From Sphaerodactylus townsendi (Eukaryota): DNA of 64,000 bases. Below the pieces are notes generated by a model. It was not told the origin of the DNA. It searched no databases and saw nothing but the letters and a program-made list of their open reading frames with translations. The DNA is taken from assembly GCF_021028975.2 (NCBI RefSeq), contig NC_059429.1, positions 67,270,001 to 67,334,000 of the forward strand, in the 5' to 3' direction. The translations under genes and the position numbers were made by a program. The stretch's first letter is position 1. Every line of letters begins with the position of its first letter. This document shows positions 1-13,731 of the stretch, piece by piece.

Positions 1-689
1 ACCAAACTAATTTCATTCTATTTTTTTAATTGCTTCATTGTAATCCATCATCAGGACATACTTACCCATATTTTTGTGACTTAAATACCTTACGTGACTT
101 AAATTTATGTGGAAACCTGAAGAGTAACTCATCACCAACTTGCAAGATCACACATATTATTAACTGTACCTTGCCTCCTAACAAGTGTCACCCTTCGTAT
201 TATTTTAATATAGGACAGACTACCAGCACAAAAGAAGTCAAATCAACCAAGAGTACTGCAGGTCTGCCCAGGTAAGACACCTTAGAAGTCAACAGGAATC
301 CTCTCAGACCATCAGGAGAACCTTCGGCTGTACACAAATGGGGCAGCCTCATAAACTAGTCAGGAAAAAAAGGATGCGTAAGTATATAAACAAATACACA
401 AGGAGTACGGAAGAAGTGGCATGAACTCTCCACGGGGCCTTGTCACCGATGGAGGGGAGCAGCTCTAGTAATTAGCAGCGAGGGGGGACAAGTTGGGCTT
501 TTGCCACGTCTCCTCTGCGGCCTCCAACAACCAGAGGCAAAGAACAGGGCGAGGAGCCATAAATTATGAGAGGGCAGCGGGGGGGGGGGGGGGGGGGGCT
601 CCATCAGAGCCAGCAACCCTGGAAAAAACAAACACAACAAGCAGAGGCACAACCCAGCCCAGCTCTTTTTCTCCAAGGTCTCCCACATG

Positions 690-1450
690 AACAAGGAGGC
701 GAGCGCACAAACCTACCCGGGCTTCCCCTCTGTGGAACCAGAGCCGAGATTTCTGCGCCCTCAGAAACAAACAGGTCGCTTTTCCCTCCCGCGCCGGCGG
801 CCCCTCTCCCCTTCCTGGCGTTTCTCGCTAAAAGGGGGGCATATTCATTCAGCCTTCGCAGCGCCGCCCTTCCAAAACGCAGCCCGCCGTCCCTTCACCG
901 GATCCCTCCCCAAACAGAGGAAACCGGAGACGCTTCACACCGCCTGCCTGCAGGGGCCTGGGAAGGGGGGGGGGGGGTCTTGAAAGCGAGGCCGGCGCAC
1001 ACTCACCTCGAAAGGCAGAGGCGGCGGCGGCAGCAGGGCCTGCATTGCTGAAGGGACCCCTGAGTGCCGATCACTCCACTGTCGGGCGGGCCTCTCACGC
1101 AGCAGCAAGGTCCAGCACGACGCCTGCCCGGCCTCCCTCCGTCCCCAACAGCCAGGACTGCTGCCCGCTGCTGCCTGGTTCGCTCGCTGACTCCGAGGGC
1201 CGCCTTCGCTCTCGAGAACCAGCGCCCTCTAGCCGGCTTTACAGGCAGCGCACAGCACTGCGGCACCAGCGAGAATCCTGCCCAGGCTCCGAGGGCCGCA
1301 GCGAGGCAGGCCCGGCCCGTGGTATACGCGCGTAGGGTAGCCGACCTCCCTCGGTGGTTTCTTTCCGCTACCGAGGTGGGCTGTTTGTCTGGCGAGCATA
1401 ATTTGGTTGGGGACCTGGTATACGAGAATACTACGCCAGGAGGTAGAGAT
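690..1450. promoter_or_regulatory. CpG island / promoter
   Basis: High GC and abundant CpG against an AT-rich, CpG-depleted background. Confidence 0.8.
1007..1300 (-). other. ZFYVE9: Probable first (mostly 5'UTR) exon in a CpG island, likely ZFYVE9 (SARA); gene continues off the left edge
   Basis: CpG-dense 690-1450. Consensus donor CGAG|GTGAGT on minus strand (ACTCAC|CTCG at 1001-1010). Identity rests on vertebrate synteny only (ZFYVE9 lies downstream of BTF3L4 on the same strand). The 5' boundary is approximate. Confidence 0.6.
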
Positions 1451-1639
1451 GCGACTGGGGGTTGGGTATGAATACAGGGGTACGGACAACTAAGCTTACT
1501 GTATAAGGATGCATGCTACCACGCAAAGCACCCGAAGCAGGGATGCTGTTGGAAATCACAATAGGACTTCAGTTGCACTGAAATAACAATACTCCTTGGA
1601 TTCCTTCAGAACTAATTTCTATTTGCTTTCTTCATTTAA

Positions 1640-1765
1640 ACCCCACCTTCTCCCCTGCATTTTTATCCTGACAACCTTGTGAGATAGGGTAGGCTAAGAG
1701 TGTGACTGGCCCAAGGTCACCCAGCAAGGGTTCATGTCCTGGGATTTGACTCTGAGTCTCTTCAT
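1640..1765 (-). mobile_element. tRNA-derived squamate SINE fragment (Squam3/MIR-like)
   Basis: ACAACCTTGTGAGATAGGGTAGGCTAAGAGTGTGACTGGCCCAAGGTCACCCAGC matches the reverse complement of the SINE body at 36212-36481 and similar copies at 24.9, 30.7 and 57.0 kb. Confidence 0.7.
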
Positions 1766-4214
1766 GTTGATATGTTCACATGTACTTTTATTTACTCAAG
1801 GCATAAATCTGCTTAAATCTGAATCCTACTTTGAGGTGAATGTGGTTTGAAACACTTATTTGGTCTGTACTTAATTAAATCATTGTGTTATCATTACTTT
1901 GGATAAGCCATGCTGCTATTGTCCTTTCTGTAAATTTGTCTAAGCATTCTTTTGCATGATAACTGTGGGAAATCATTACATTAAAACCAGTGGAATCATT
2001 TTTAGTGATTGCTCCTTAGCCACCGTCAGCTGGAATTTTTATCCATATGTTGTACAATACTGTGACTTGTCTGGAGCCTGATCTGCCTGCTAGTTACATC
2101 TGCACATGTATCACAACAGGAATCTGTTCCATAACCTGATTTCAAATCACCACCACAGAACTAGGCTTAATAACAATACGTAACAACGCCAATTTGTCAA
2201 GTCAGTTTACAGATATACCTGTAACAGTTTTGCATCCCTCCTGTAACAATCCTAAGGGGACTTGTTTACATATCTAATTATTATTCCAAATACATATAAT
2301 GTTTTGTTGTTATAAAGAGATATGTTTCAAACTTTTCTGATGTATTAATTGTGAGGTAGGAGCCAAGAAGTCCCTGGTTCAAATCCTTGTACTATATAGC
2401 CTGAGCTATGAAATGAATAATACTGCCTTAAATGGGTGCTTTTAAAAACAATTGCTAAAACTGTTAAACATACAAATTGTTACATACAAGTGTTGTGTGT
2501 TGTGTGTACTATGTGTATTTGTTACACCAAAACAACCCACCTCTGGGAAAATAATACACTTGTCCTAGATGCAAGTATTACATGGAGAGAAACAGAAGGT
2601 CTTAGTTGCCCATGCCTTTGCTGCTAGAGGCGCAACTCAGTTCAGCCTTTTGCCAGGATTTGGAAAAGAAAAACATGTTGCATTTGCTGGGCAATCTCTC
2701 AACATGACCCCTTTCCAAGCAATGGCAGCAGAAAGAAGAGATAACAATTGTAAAGTCAGAAAACAAGGGTCACAGATCTTGGGGGATACAAACAAATAAC
2801 ACATATATAGGGGGAATGTCCAACCTGAGCTCCATAAAATATGGGCAAAAACATCAACATTACAGACTAGTGCCATTCTCTTTAGTATCCTGTCTGATAA
2901 ATTGCTAAGTAAACAATAGTGACAATAAAAATTAAATCCATGTGTATCTGCCTTCTTCTTACAACCAGATTTGAAACCTTACTACCATCCTAGCCATACT
3001 TTCTTTCTATTTCTTTATTACTGTTATTGTACATGTTTGATTTATTTACTATAGTGGATATTTTCCATTGATTTCAATACATTTCTGCCTACAACAATTC
3101 CCACTGAACTAGTATGAAAATCTCAATTATAATTATAGCGCTCAACCAAAGGATCCTCCCTGCTAAATTTCAGGCAGATAGTAGAAATACATAAAATCTA
3201 AATTTTATAGACAGTTAACATCCCTGTTTGCAGCATAGAAACAGAGAATATATTTTCTAGATCAAAAAAGTAGAAGGGGACAGGTAATAGTTAACAAAAA
3301 GAGAAACTTAGTGTCTCATCTAGTTTGGCTGCAATCTGTCCATCTCTCTTTTGTTGCTGGCTATGATGCACAGACATGAAGATATTGTCCATCAGAGAGA
3401 GGTAATAATTTGGATTGTGAAAAGTATCAACAGAAATTGAAATGTACCTAGTATCAATCTGTCATGTCCCTCACCCCACCCCTGTCTGCAATGTTACCTC
3501 TCTGTATGCACATACAAACAAAATGTTTATCCCTGGGATGAGAAGGCACAGCCCTAAAGAGAACAGAACAGCAAGCAAACTGAAATCAATGCTGCTTGTA
3601 TTGAATCAAATCACAGTCCTTCCCCCAAGTAAAAGAACCAGCAGTATGATACTATTATGGAAATGCTATTTTTCAGTTTGAACAAGTTATAATAATATTA
3701 AAGAAGAGGATAGCTGATAGTTTTGTAGTTGATATGCATATCTCACATAAGCAGAAAAAGGAAATAATTGTTTGGTCTGATGTTTAACTAAAGTACCATT
3801 GAATCTTCACTGGGATATTTGCTTGCAGTTAAATAATCCTGTGAAGTTTGCTGCATAAAAGACCAGAATTTAAGACAATCGTAACAGAGAAGTTGCAAGC
3901 CTTCCCTCCTTTATAAGTGCTTGTTTGCACCTGTATAGGTATGCTCAACACCCTTCTAGTTATATTAATTTTTGAATGTTTAAAATAACTTAGCCTGGAC
4001 AGAAACCTGGTGTGTTCACAAACATTAGCTTCATCAGTATGCCAGGACTTAACTGTATTTATTTGACATATTTTTGCTCTGCAATCTATATGCTAAACAG
4101 CTTCTAGTAATAACTTTTGTAAAAGGTGACACAATACCGCTTGTTTGTCATGTCAGCAGTTACCAACAGTTACCAACAGGCATGCATTGATGGGCTATTA
4201 GGGCCAATAACCTA

Positions 4215-4468
4215 CCCTGTTTCTCCGAAAATAAGACATCCCCTGAGAATAAGATGTAGTAGAGGTTTTGCTGAAGTGCTAAATATAAAACATCCCCCAA
4301 AAGTAAGTCGTAGCAAAGTTTTTGTTTGGAAGCATGCCCGTCGAACAGAACGCCAGAGCATGCAACTGTGGAGCGGAAAAATAAGACATCCCCTGAAAAT
4401 AAGACATAGCGCATCTTTGGGAGCAAAAATTAATATAAGACACTGTTTTATTTTCAGAGAAACACAGG
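4215..4468. mobile_element. Tc1/mariner-superfamily (Tc2-like) MITE
   Basis: TA flanks at 4213-14 and 4469-70. Imperfect TIRs CCCTGTTTCTCCGAAAATAAGACA / TGTTTTATTTTCAGAGAAACACAGG. Internal repeated AAAATAAGACATCCCCTGA motifs. Confidence 0.8.
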
Positions 4469-5206
4469 TATATACTGCATGTTGGCTCTCCGTACAATGT
4501 GAGGCCTGAATAGAAAAGGGGGTACCTGGTTTGGCATATATAGATGTGAATGAGGGGAGCTTATTTAACATACAACGAGCTGTTTTGGACATACAGCATA
4601 CAGCAAGCTCTTTTAAACTCTTTTAACAAAATACAAGGCTTATAAACAATTAAAGGGTATGGAAAAAATAGAATAATCAAATAAAAAATTGTCATCTTGT
4701 ACATATTGTCTTATAAGATTTTTTCCACTGAAGAAGTTGATTTGCCTCTCAGCTGAAGCAAAGACATTGTTTTCAACAAATTTAAAATGGAAGAACAACT
4801 TGGTAGAGCACCTTAGCTACTGTCATTTGCATTTGATGTAAGCAGGTGCAGGGAATTGGCATTAACTATCCCAAGTGCTGTCATTTCATTGGCAGTTGTG
4901 CCAGAGGCCCTCTGCCCAACTTCAATCTTTACCTATGTCAATTAAAAACTTGTCTAAACTGAAACTTTCCAGCCTGATGAGTTATCTTTAAATGCCCTTA
5001 CAGTGATGCTCAAGGAGCTCAAGTATTCTATCCAGGGCTGGTTATCTTCTAGGAAGTCAGCAACCCTCAAGAATACAAGAATATGTTAAATAGTGTGTTG
5101 TGTCTCACTTCATGCAAGCAATTGTTATCAGTGCAACTAGATTTTTGTATGATGCAAAACAAAGATGTACATAAAACAGGTCTAAGAACCATAGTTGCCT
5201 TCTACC

Positions 5207-6238
5207 CACTGGCATAATGCCCATTGGGCAAGGTGGGCAGCTGCCCAGGGCATCACCTTGTGGGGGGCATCAAAATGCTGGGTTCGTTTTTGGGTATTTT
5301 TAGTGGTTTTCCATTTTTGGCCTGCAGGGGGCGCATTTTTAGGCTAGCGGCACCAAAATTTCAGCGTATCATCTGGAGACTGTCCTTATGCTACCCCCCA
5401 AGTTTGGTGAGGTTTGGTTCAGGGAGTCCAAAGTTATGGACTCCCAAAGGGGGTGCCCCTATCCCCCATTGTTTCCAATGGAAGCTGGTTGGAGATGAGG
5501 TTACAGTTTTGTGGGTCCATAACTTTGTCCCCCCTGAACCAAACTTCTACCAAACTTTAGAGCCGATTAGGGCAGTCTCCCTGATGAGATCCCGGAAGTT
5601 TTGAGACCGGTGACTCCAGAAATGTCCCCTCCACTATTACAGCCTTCATTTAACAGCAATGCAGAAAACTCAATGTCAGAATTAAAGATTCTTGGGCAAA
5701 TTTCGGGACAGCCTAGAAGGGAGCGCATTCTTGATCGTGATTAGCACCACTGTAGGCCTTCAGGGTATCATCTTGAGACTGTCAAGATGGCACTTCCAAT
5801 GTTTGCGTGCAGTTTGGTTCAGGGGGGGGCAAAGTTATGGACCCTCAAAAGGGTATCCCCCTTCTCCTTAGCAAAGAATGTGGGATGGGGTACTCCCTTT
5901 GAGGGTCCATAACTTTGGACCCCCTAAACCGAACTGCACCAAACATGCGGGGTCCCATCAGGACGGTTTCCACATGTTACCCTGAAATTTTGGTGCCAAT
6001 ACATCCAAAAAATGCGCCCCCTTCAGGAACATCCCAGAAATTTGCCCAAGAATCTTTGTTCTGCATTGAGTTTTCTGTATTGCTGTCAATGGGGGTTGCA
6101 GGCTGAGGGGGGCACATTTCTGAATGCACAGCCTCAAAACTTTCAAGGTCTCATCAGGAGACTGCCCTGATGATACCCCCCAGGTTTGGTGCAGTTTGGT
6201 TCAGGGGGGCCACAGTTATGGTTCAGGGGGGCCAAAGT
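5207..6238. mobile_element. Non-autonomous repeat with internal direct and inverted modules (possibly hAT-type)
   Basis: Modules such as GTTTGGTTCAGGGGGGCCAAAGTTATGGAC and GGGTCCATAACTTTG recur in both orientations (about 5410, 5515, 5815, 5905, 6195). Family assignment is tentative. Confidence 0.55.
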
Positions 6239-8559
6239 CATCATCATCATCATCATTATTATTAATTATATTTGTATACCGCCCTACCCCCGAAGGGCTC
6301 ATTACTGGGTCCCGGCCATCCTGGGTCATCTGCTTCTCCATGGTGCGATGAACCGGCTCTTGGAGGATTTAGAGGCTCCACCAGCTCATCCTCACCATAG
6401 GCACCTCGAGGAAGTGAGCCTGGTTGTGAAGCATCCAAGTTCACCAACTGTTCCCCTTCAACGTCCTCGTCTGGCCAACGGGCTTGTGCGCCCCTTTTGG
6501 GAGACTCGGAGTCAGAAGATTCTCGTTGGGGAAGCGCCATCTGGGTGGTTTTGGGTCGGGCCCCGTGCTCTGCCAATGGTTGGTCACCACGGGGCCTTCA
6601 AAATAACGATCCAGGAATCTTTCCATCGAGCCATGAGTCGTCCCGTGAATGGTGGACAAACCAATTTCCTTGGTCACCACTCTCATGACCGGTTTGTAAT
6701 TCATGCAGCGGCGGGTGGTGAAATGTGTTTCCACCGAAACACAATCCATGGCAGCCCCACCACCAACATCATAGGATTCACGTTGCAATGGAATGCAACC
6801 TGTTGATAGGGTCGCCATCGAGGTAGCCTGTTCGACCTGCTCCTGCAACCCGAGGAAAGCAGCACTCTGGCTGAGACAAGGTTGGGATAAGGCAACCAAG
6901 GACAGAGGCTCTGCTTCTAGGTCCAAGTCCTGTTCAGACTCCTCTGGAACAGCTGGGTCAGGGGGAGAATAGACGGGACTCTCTATGGGGGCCTCCGTCC
7001 TAATCTCATATTCAGAGTTGAATGGACCCCTGAACCCCAGCTTATCAGGATCCGTGGAGGGGAGTCCATGGCGAGGCATCAGGTAACCTTGTACAGCAGT
7101 CAAAAGTTACACTGAAAGGTGAGACCTCGCATAATGTAACGAACTAGCAAAGTCCAGGCCAAAGTAGCCGTTCTCAGTTATGCTGGCAGTCTTAGTCAGA
7201 TACAGGCAATGCGAGGTTTGAGAGCCTCAGAGCTCTGATAGTAGATTTTACACAGTGGCATTTCAAGTTCCCGCCAATACAGAATAAACAAAGCAAAAAA
7301 TCAAAGCCATACAGAATAAACAAAGCATAGTTTCACACAGGCAAGTGGAGATAACCTACAAGCAAAAATCCCCATCCCAGACAGAAAGCCAGAAGCAGCC
7401 GGCAGCCACCTCCCAAGGACAGATCACACACTAACCACATCCTGACAGCTGTAAGATAAAGTTCAGTGGTGTTTCTCCTGGACCTTCCGCCTCAAAGCCA
7501 CCATCCAGCACCAGAGCCACTGCTCACAGGATAAGTTCACAAATATCTTCACATAGGCCCCTGCCACTGGCCTCTACAGCCCGATCTGAAAGAGCATGAT
7601 GTAGTCCAGGAGGGCTCGACAAAGCTCAGCAGAAGTCAGCACCCTTCCAGGCGCACCCAGCTCCATCGGCACCACCTCTCACTTGCAGCACCGATTCTCG
7701 CTGTCCCATGGAGGCCTCTGCCACTGGCCTTCGCTGCTTAATATGGCTGTGTTTTGTTCTGCCTTTGATGTTTGCCTCGGTGTTCTCGAGCATCAGTCGC
7801 TGCTGCATAGAGGCCCCTGCCACTGGCCTCTGGCTCTCTGCCCAGCGTGGTCTTTCCCAGACACTTTCAGCTGCCGTTGCCATCCCTGCAGCTGCTTGTG
7901 GAGCTTTCCCTCTCACTTGTTGCCCCATGGGGGACCCTGCCCCCATCGATTGGTATAGCAAGGACTGCTTTGCTGAGGACAATGGGTCGCCAGGTGCCAT
8001 TCCTCCTGTCAGCTACTCAGTGTAAATGGCACACATAGCTGGTCATTCATGGAGCTTCCTAAAGGATGAACTGCTCCGGGAGACATCTTAGTTCCATGAG
8101 ATTGATTGACTCTATAGAGGCCATGGCCCTCAGTTTACAACACCTGAGCAAGGTTGTTAACAAGAAGACATTTTGCAGGGCATTTGAGAGACAATGCACG
8201 ATGTTGCCCATGCCTGAATAGCTCCGCGAGGGCTTAGGTATGATCTGGACTGGGCAGGTTTTTAGTAGGCTTAAATTTTAAAATTACTCTGTGTTTTAAT
8301 TATAGTTATATTTAAGTAGAATTTTAAAATGTTTGTGCTTGTGTACTGCCCTGAGGCCGCCTTTGGTCAAGGAGGGTGGGATATAAACTTAATACTTTTA
8401 AAAAATTAGTACATTTGGGTAGCTGTCCATGTCGATCTGAAGAGGCAGAAAAATGTTTGACTGCAGTGGCATCTTTAAGAAAGCTTATAGCAAGAATAAA
8501 ACATTGATTCATAGAAACTTAACACACACACATCCGCTTATATATTAAGCCACATTACT

Positions 8560-9075
8560 GTAGCACCATCTATGTGGGGCTGCCTTTGAAGACATCCTGA
8601 AGTCAGCCACACAGAATTCATAACTCCTGTGGCATGTCAACTGCACATATTTGTTCTGGGCACAATTCACCATGCTGGTTGTTACCTGTAGAACCCTTCA
8701 CAGCCTATGGCCCTTAGACTTTTTGAACCATGTGTCAGCTAAATCCTTCAGATAGCCTTCTTTTAATAGCCTCTATTAGGATAGTCCTATGACGACAATT
8801 AGAGGAGGGATTTTTTGTGTTGTATGTCCAGGCCTCTGCAATGGCCAACCTAAGTGGGTATGAAGGATACTCACTAACATTTAAGAAGACATTCAGAATA
8901 GTTCAGAGGGCATTTGATGGAAAAACATCTGGTGGATTTGGCTGTTTTTTAAATCTGTGTATTGTTTTTATCTTGTAAATGGAGCGTTGTGTTGCTTTGG
9001 GATCCTTGGAATTTGTTGCATTGTTAGCCACCTTGGGTCTCAACAGTTTAGGCAGGAGATAAAATTTTAAATAAA
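8560..9075 (+). mobile_element. Decayed L2-like LINE 3' end
   Basis: CTATGTGGGGCTGCCTTTGAAGAC... resembles the L2 ORF2 C-terminus also seen at 58220-58620; ends in TTAGCCACCTTGGG...AAATAAA. Confidence 0.5.
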
Positions 9076-9957
9076 GCTGCCAGTGCTACATAAGTTAAAT
9101 TTTAATGATTTGCTTTAATGTTTAACTTCTAGAGATGCTACATAGTATCAGAGCTAAATACATTGCTATGTAATGCTAGATGTGGTTTACACCGATATTT
9201 GACATGAACAAATCAAGAAATATCTTTAATATCACTGACACACATTGAACTCTTTACTATCTAGTTCAGATGAAATGTATGATTGTTTTGATGATATGTC
9301 CCAGGAGACTGTTGGTCATAAACACCAACAGAGAACTAGGAAATTGTACAGTATTCTTAATAGTTTACACCTTTGAGAGGCAATTCAGGGTACTGATTAT
9401 GGTCTATAAAGCCTTCATGGCCTAAATCTGTGTTCTGCGTGTGTGTATAAATATATATGTCTCAGTTGTTTTCTTCTGATTTTTTAAAAAGTCATTATTT
9501 CCAGCTTGTATTTTTTTAGGCAACAGGTAGGCTAAAAATGTCTTAAATACATTCCATTACCCTGTAAACTATCACACTTAAATCAGTTCTTTCCACCCAG
9601 TAAAATACACACACAACTATGCAAATTAGCTTGCTCTTTTCTAAGAGTTAAGTAACAAGTATTACAAATGAATTGACAAATGACAAATGAGTGTCTGAAA
9701 TGTTGATGAGTATTTTATAAGCAATTAAAATTATTCAGATTCTTACCTTTCTTCACCCTGAAGCGACTAATTTCCTATTTATAAGACGAAAAATGAAAGT
9801 GCCCCCCTCCCCCCATGACTTGGGTTCTATGCACCGCAAAACTATGCTACCTAAATAATTTTCCTGCTTACCCCTTCCTGCTGCAGTCTCCTATGCCCCA
9901 TTAGGAACAGGAACATCATAAAAGTGAAGAGTGGCTATCAGTAAAAACCACCTTCCC

Positions 9958-10050
9958 CATAAGAACAAGCCAGCTGGATCAGACCAGAGTCCATCTAGTC
10001 CAGATCTCTGTTACTCACAGCGGCCCACCCATCTTTGGGGAGCACAGCAT
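9958..10050 (-). mobile_element. CR1 LINE 3' tail fragment
   Basis: CATAAGAACAAGCCAGCTGGATCAGACCAGAGTCCATCTAGTCCAG, similar to 49141-49200. Confidence 0.6.
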
Positions 10051-10273
10051 GAATATAGGATAGAAGCCTAATTCTCACTTTCTTATGTTATGAATCAATG
10101 CAATCTCTTGGCAAAATGGTTTGCAAATGTTATTTTGCTGTTTCATGGCAAAGCAGTATCACAAGTGAATTGCTGGTTAAAAGCACCACCTGCATACATG
10201 TTTTGTTCTCTTATTAGCATCTTGGGGAGAAGGAAACGACACACAAGAGGGAGCATTGCCTCTTTTGCATTAT

Positions 10274-10279
10274 TTTATT
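10274..10279 (-). terminator. Candidate distal polyadenylation signal of BTF3L4 (about 2.1 kb 3'UTR)
   Basis: AATAAA on minus strand. Alternatives at 10856-10861 and 12012-12017. Usage cannot be determined from sequence. Confidence 0.4.
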
Positions 10280-12365
10280 AAGATCCATGAATTATATAAA
10301 ACAGAACAAGAAAACCGAACAAGTCTATAAAATCAAGCAAAAAGTTCTGATGACAAACCACTACAAGCTCTGCTTTTTGTGGTTCAGATTGATCACTAGA
10401 ATGAAACATACTGATAGCCTCACATTTAGTCAATGGGTGAACATATCTACACAGAAAGTGGATATGTTTCAGAAGAAAGCCAAAGTAACCTGTAAAGAAA
10501 GATGGCTTTCCCAAGTTATAATTGCCCTTGACAAAGTTTGCAATGATGCTCAACATCAAGCATCATTGAAGAATCTCTGCAAAGAGCTTCACATTGAGCA
10601 TTTTGAAGGAAGGTTCTGAAAATACTGCACTAGACCTTGTGATACTATCAGTAACCTCTGTATACAAGATGAGGGCTTCTATGTTTAAGGCTGAAAAGGG
10701 CTACACTGTAAGCCTCTTATGGTAGCTTGTACAAATACAACCAGTGACCTTTTCCTTGTTCATTCTGTATTGCCCAAATTACTGTTCCACATCCTGGTAT
10801 CCTGGAATAAAGCCAGCAGCTGACCTGCTCTTAGGAGTTGCATTAACACCCTCGATTTATTGTTTTTTTTAACAATGTGATGCAACTATGCATGATACAC
10901 TAGTTCATAGGGAACATCTGAGCAAACTTGAGTGTGCTACTCTCCTGTTAAAATGAAATACTACTGGAAAATATGTCTATAGGTCAAGAGGACAACAAAC
11001 TCCTCTGCTGAGCTGAGATTTTTAAAAAGAGTAAACCAGCATTCAGAACTTTGAAGAGGGCTCAACTTGACATGTTGTAGTTAATTATACTAAGAATCAC
11101 TTATCTTTCCCTTGCTCCCTGCCACCAAGCATTTCTGATACTAAGTTTATATCTGGAGTAGTGGGACTCATATGATCTAATAGCCATGCAGCCTAGGAAG
11201 ATACCTTCAGGAGAAGGGGTGAAGTTACCCTCTCACCTAACAGAAGCAGAAAGTGTGATTCTACCTCTTCACACTGCAGCCCCCTGCCATGCTTATCCAT
11301 GTATGTCCTATCATCCTAGAAAATCTTTCCCTAGGACAGAAAGAACTGCTGGAAAAATCTACAATGTCAGCACTTTCTGCCAACATATTCCATTCGACAA
11401 GGTAGTAGAATCCAGCACTATGCTTTAACATGCACTTGTTTTTCAACTAGAAGAAACTTAACTGCCATTGTTTATCAGTCACAACTATTATGGCCTTTTC
11501 TTAGCAAAGATGTACAAGCAGGATGGTGGCTTCTTACAGAGGTTAAGAAAGTCATGACATAGGTGAAGGCTGGCACTCACTCAGGTCAAACAGGCAGGAC
11601 TTCACATGGTAGTGCTTTTAACCAAGACAAAGTGGGTTATCCCTAGTATGTGAATGAAACTTAAGTTCAATATTAATGGTGGATAAGAGCAAAGAGCTTT
11701 AAGGAGGAAAAAAGCAATTTCTGTAAGTATATATTTTTCTAAATGTTGCAACAAACAGGCTTGTTAATATCCTGTCTTTGGTACAATTTGAAATCAAAAG
11801 GAGGCCAAAGAGAAGCTGCTGATAAACACTGTCAATATGGAAAAGAAAAAACATTTGCAAATACAATAATTAGCACAGAAAATTAAATCCAATTTGTAAG
11901 CAATATCCAGAGTTCATGAAATGTGGACAAGAAAGACTCAGTTTTCACTAGTTTGTGTGAACTATTTGATTGGAATAAGAAAAAATTACTTTAACCAAGT
12001 TAAAGACTTCTTTTATTTCATCTTTAGAGGGAGAGGGGGAAGTCAATAGAACTATTCTCCAATTTCCCTTCCACTGTACGTAAAGCCACATACATATACC
12101 CACACATGTGCACATCTCCTTTAATCTGTACTGAAAATTGCCCCCCCACACTTTTTTTTACCAAAAAAGGTTGAGTCTGAGTGTAAGTGCAAAATGCATA
12201 AATCAACTGACAAAAAATGCTGAACAAACAGCATAATTAAAATACAAAGTATTTTATATTATTGTACTATTAAACGAGTAATGTTTGCTGTTTTTGTAAA
12301 ACTTTGGAACCACACAGCTGGTTTCTTAAATCTAGTCCATGTCAATTTCCAGAACTATTACAGAA

Positions 12366-12412
12366 TTAATTAGCTTCATTTTTTGATGCTTCATCGAAGT
12401 TTTCTACAAGAT
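12366..12412 (-). CDS. BTF3L4: BTF3L4 last coding exon (DLVENFDEASKNEAN*)
   Basis: tttttcag acceptor; translation matches the BTF3L4 C-terminus; TAA at 12366-68. Joined CDS 54+114+202+60+47 = 477 nt = 158 aa. Confidence 0.97.
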
Positions 12413-13671
12413 CTGAAAAAGACAGAAATATTTAATACAGTTAACATTCACTGGTACAGTAAACATAACGTTTAATAATATTTCTCTTTGTAGCCTATTA
12501 TATAAGGAATACAATATCTGCATGATTATTTTTATTCAGAAAATACCTACCACCACCACCACCACTTTTATTAGTGCCTAGTACTTTAATTGATGATTTT
12601 ATGACTAACAATTACACCAAGGCAATGCTGGAGCAGTCATGATTGGCATCAGACAGTGAGTGAATTATTAAGTGGCCTATGCTCAGCCATCCCACAAAAC
12701 TCATCTAACCACCTCAGTATAGCAACCATAAGCTCTGGCTTACAGAAAATAGATTTCTGCACAGCAATGAACAAATGCAATCAGTGAGTTGAATCCCATC
12801 TAAATTCTGAGAATAAAAGAACAATTTTCCTGCCACCTGAAACACAGGAAGAGCAACATGAGGGAAGTGGGGCACTGCTACAGGACTGGGGAATTGCCCC
12901 TCTTCTTGCATGCCTTGATCCTTCTGACGAGATCCTGTACATTTCCAAAATTTACCTGTTGTTCTCCACCAATGCACAAAACACATGACATTTTTGGATC
13001 TCACTTGAAAAACATTCCACTACAGTATGGGCTAAATAGCTCAACAGTGATCCAAGCACTTACTTATAGATCCAGTGTCCCTGAATGACAAAAGATTATC
13101 TAACCAAGCCAGTCACTAGCACCCCACACCATTGCTCCGACTGACTTTGTTTTTAAAGGCTAATACTAACATAGAATCAATTGTTGACATTAAACATTAA
13201 TTTATGAAGACAAGAGTACAGAATATACATTCTTGGCTAAAATGACCAGCAACAGCAATATTTTGTAACAGCCCAGACACACTATAGTAGTGGCTAATAT
13301 GCATGGTACATTTCTGGCTATGAACAGTTCAACACAAAGTGCCATGTGGATGTAATTTCAAGCAGCCTCCATGCTAGTCAAGTGAAGGATTCCTTAGAAA
13401 GGGAGAAAAGAGACAGACTGAATCAAGTGCTGTCATTCTATCATCCCACCCTAACTTGGAGAGACCTCTGTCCTGTTATACCAATGACTCCCTGGAACTG
13501 TAGCCATGGCAGCACATGGATAAATGGAGGCAAAACTTGAGGTACTCTGGGCTGGGCCTTCTAACAACAATTTAAAGTTAAATGTTCAAAGCCCCCTACT
13601 GTGTTATTGTATTAAAATATATTTCCTGTAATATTTATTCTGAATTTTCAAATTAAACAAAAGAACCCTAC

Positions 13672-13731
13672 CAGGAACGTCATCATCTTCTTCATCGATA
13701 TCTTCTGATTTTGGTACTTTACTATCCAACA
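13672..13731 (-). CDS. BTF3L4: BTF3L4 coding exon 4 (VLDSKVPKSEDIDEEDDDVP)
   Basis: ttttacag acceptor, GTAGGG donor, phases match neighbouring exons. Confidence 0.96.

Noticed and set aside
443-1489. Many overlapping ORFs in the left CpG island
   Set aside because: Stop-poor GC-rich promoter sequence with homopolymer G runs
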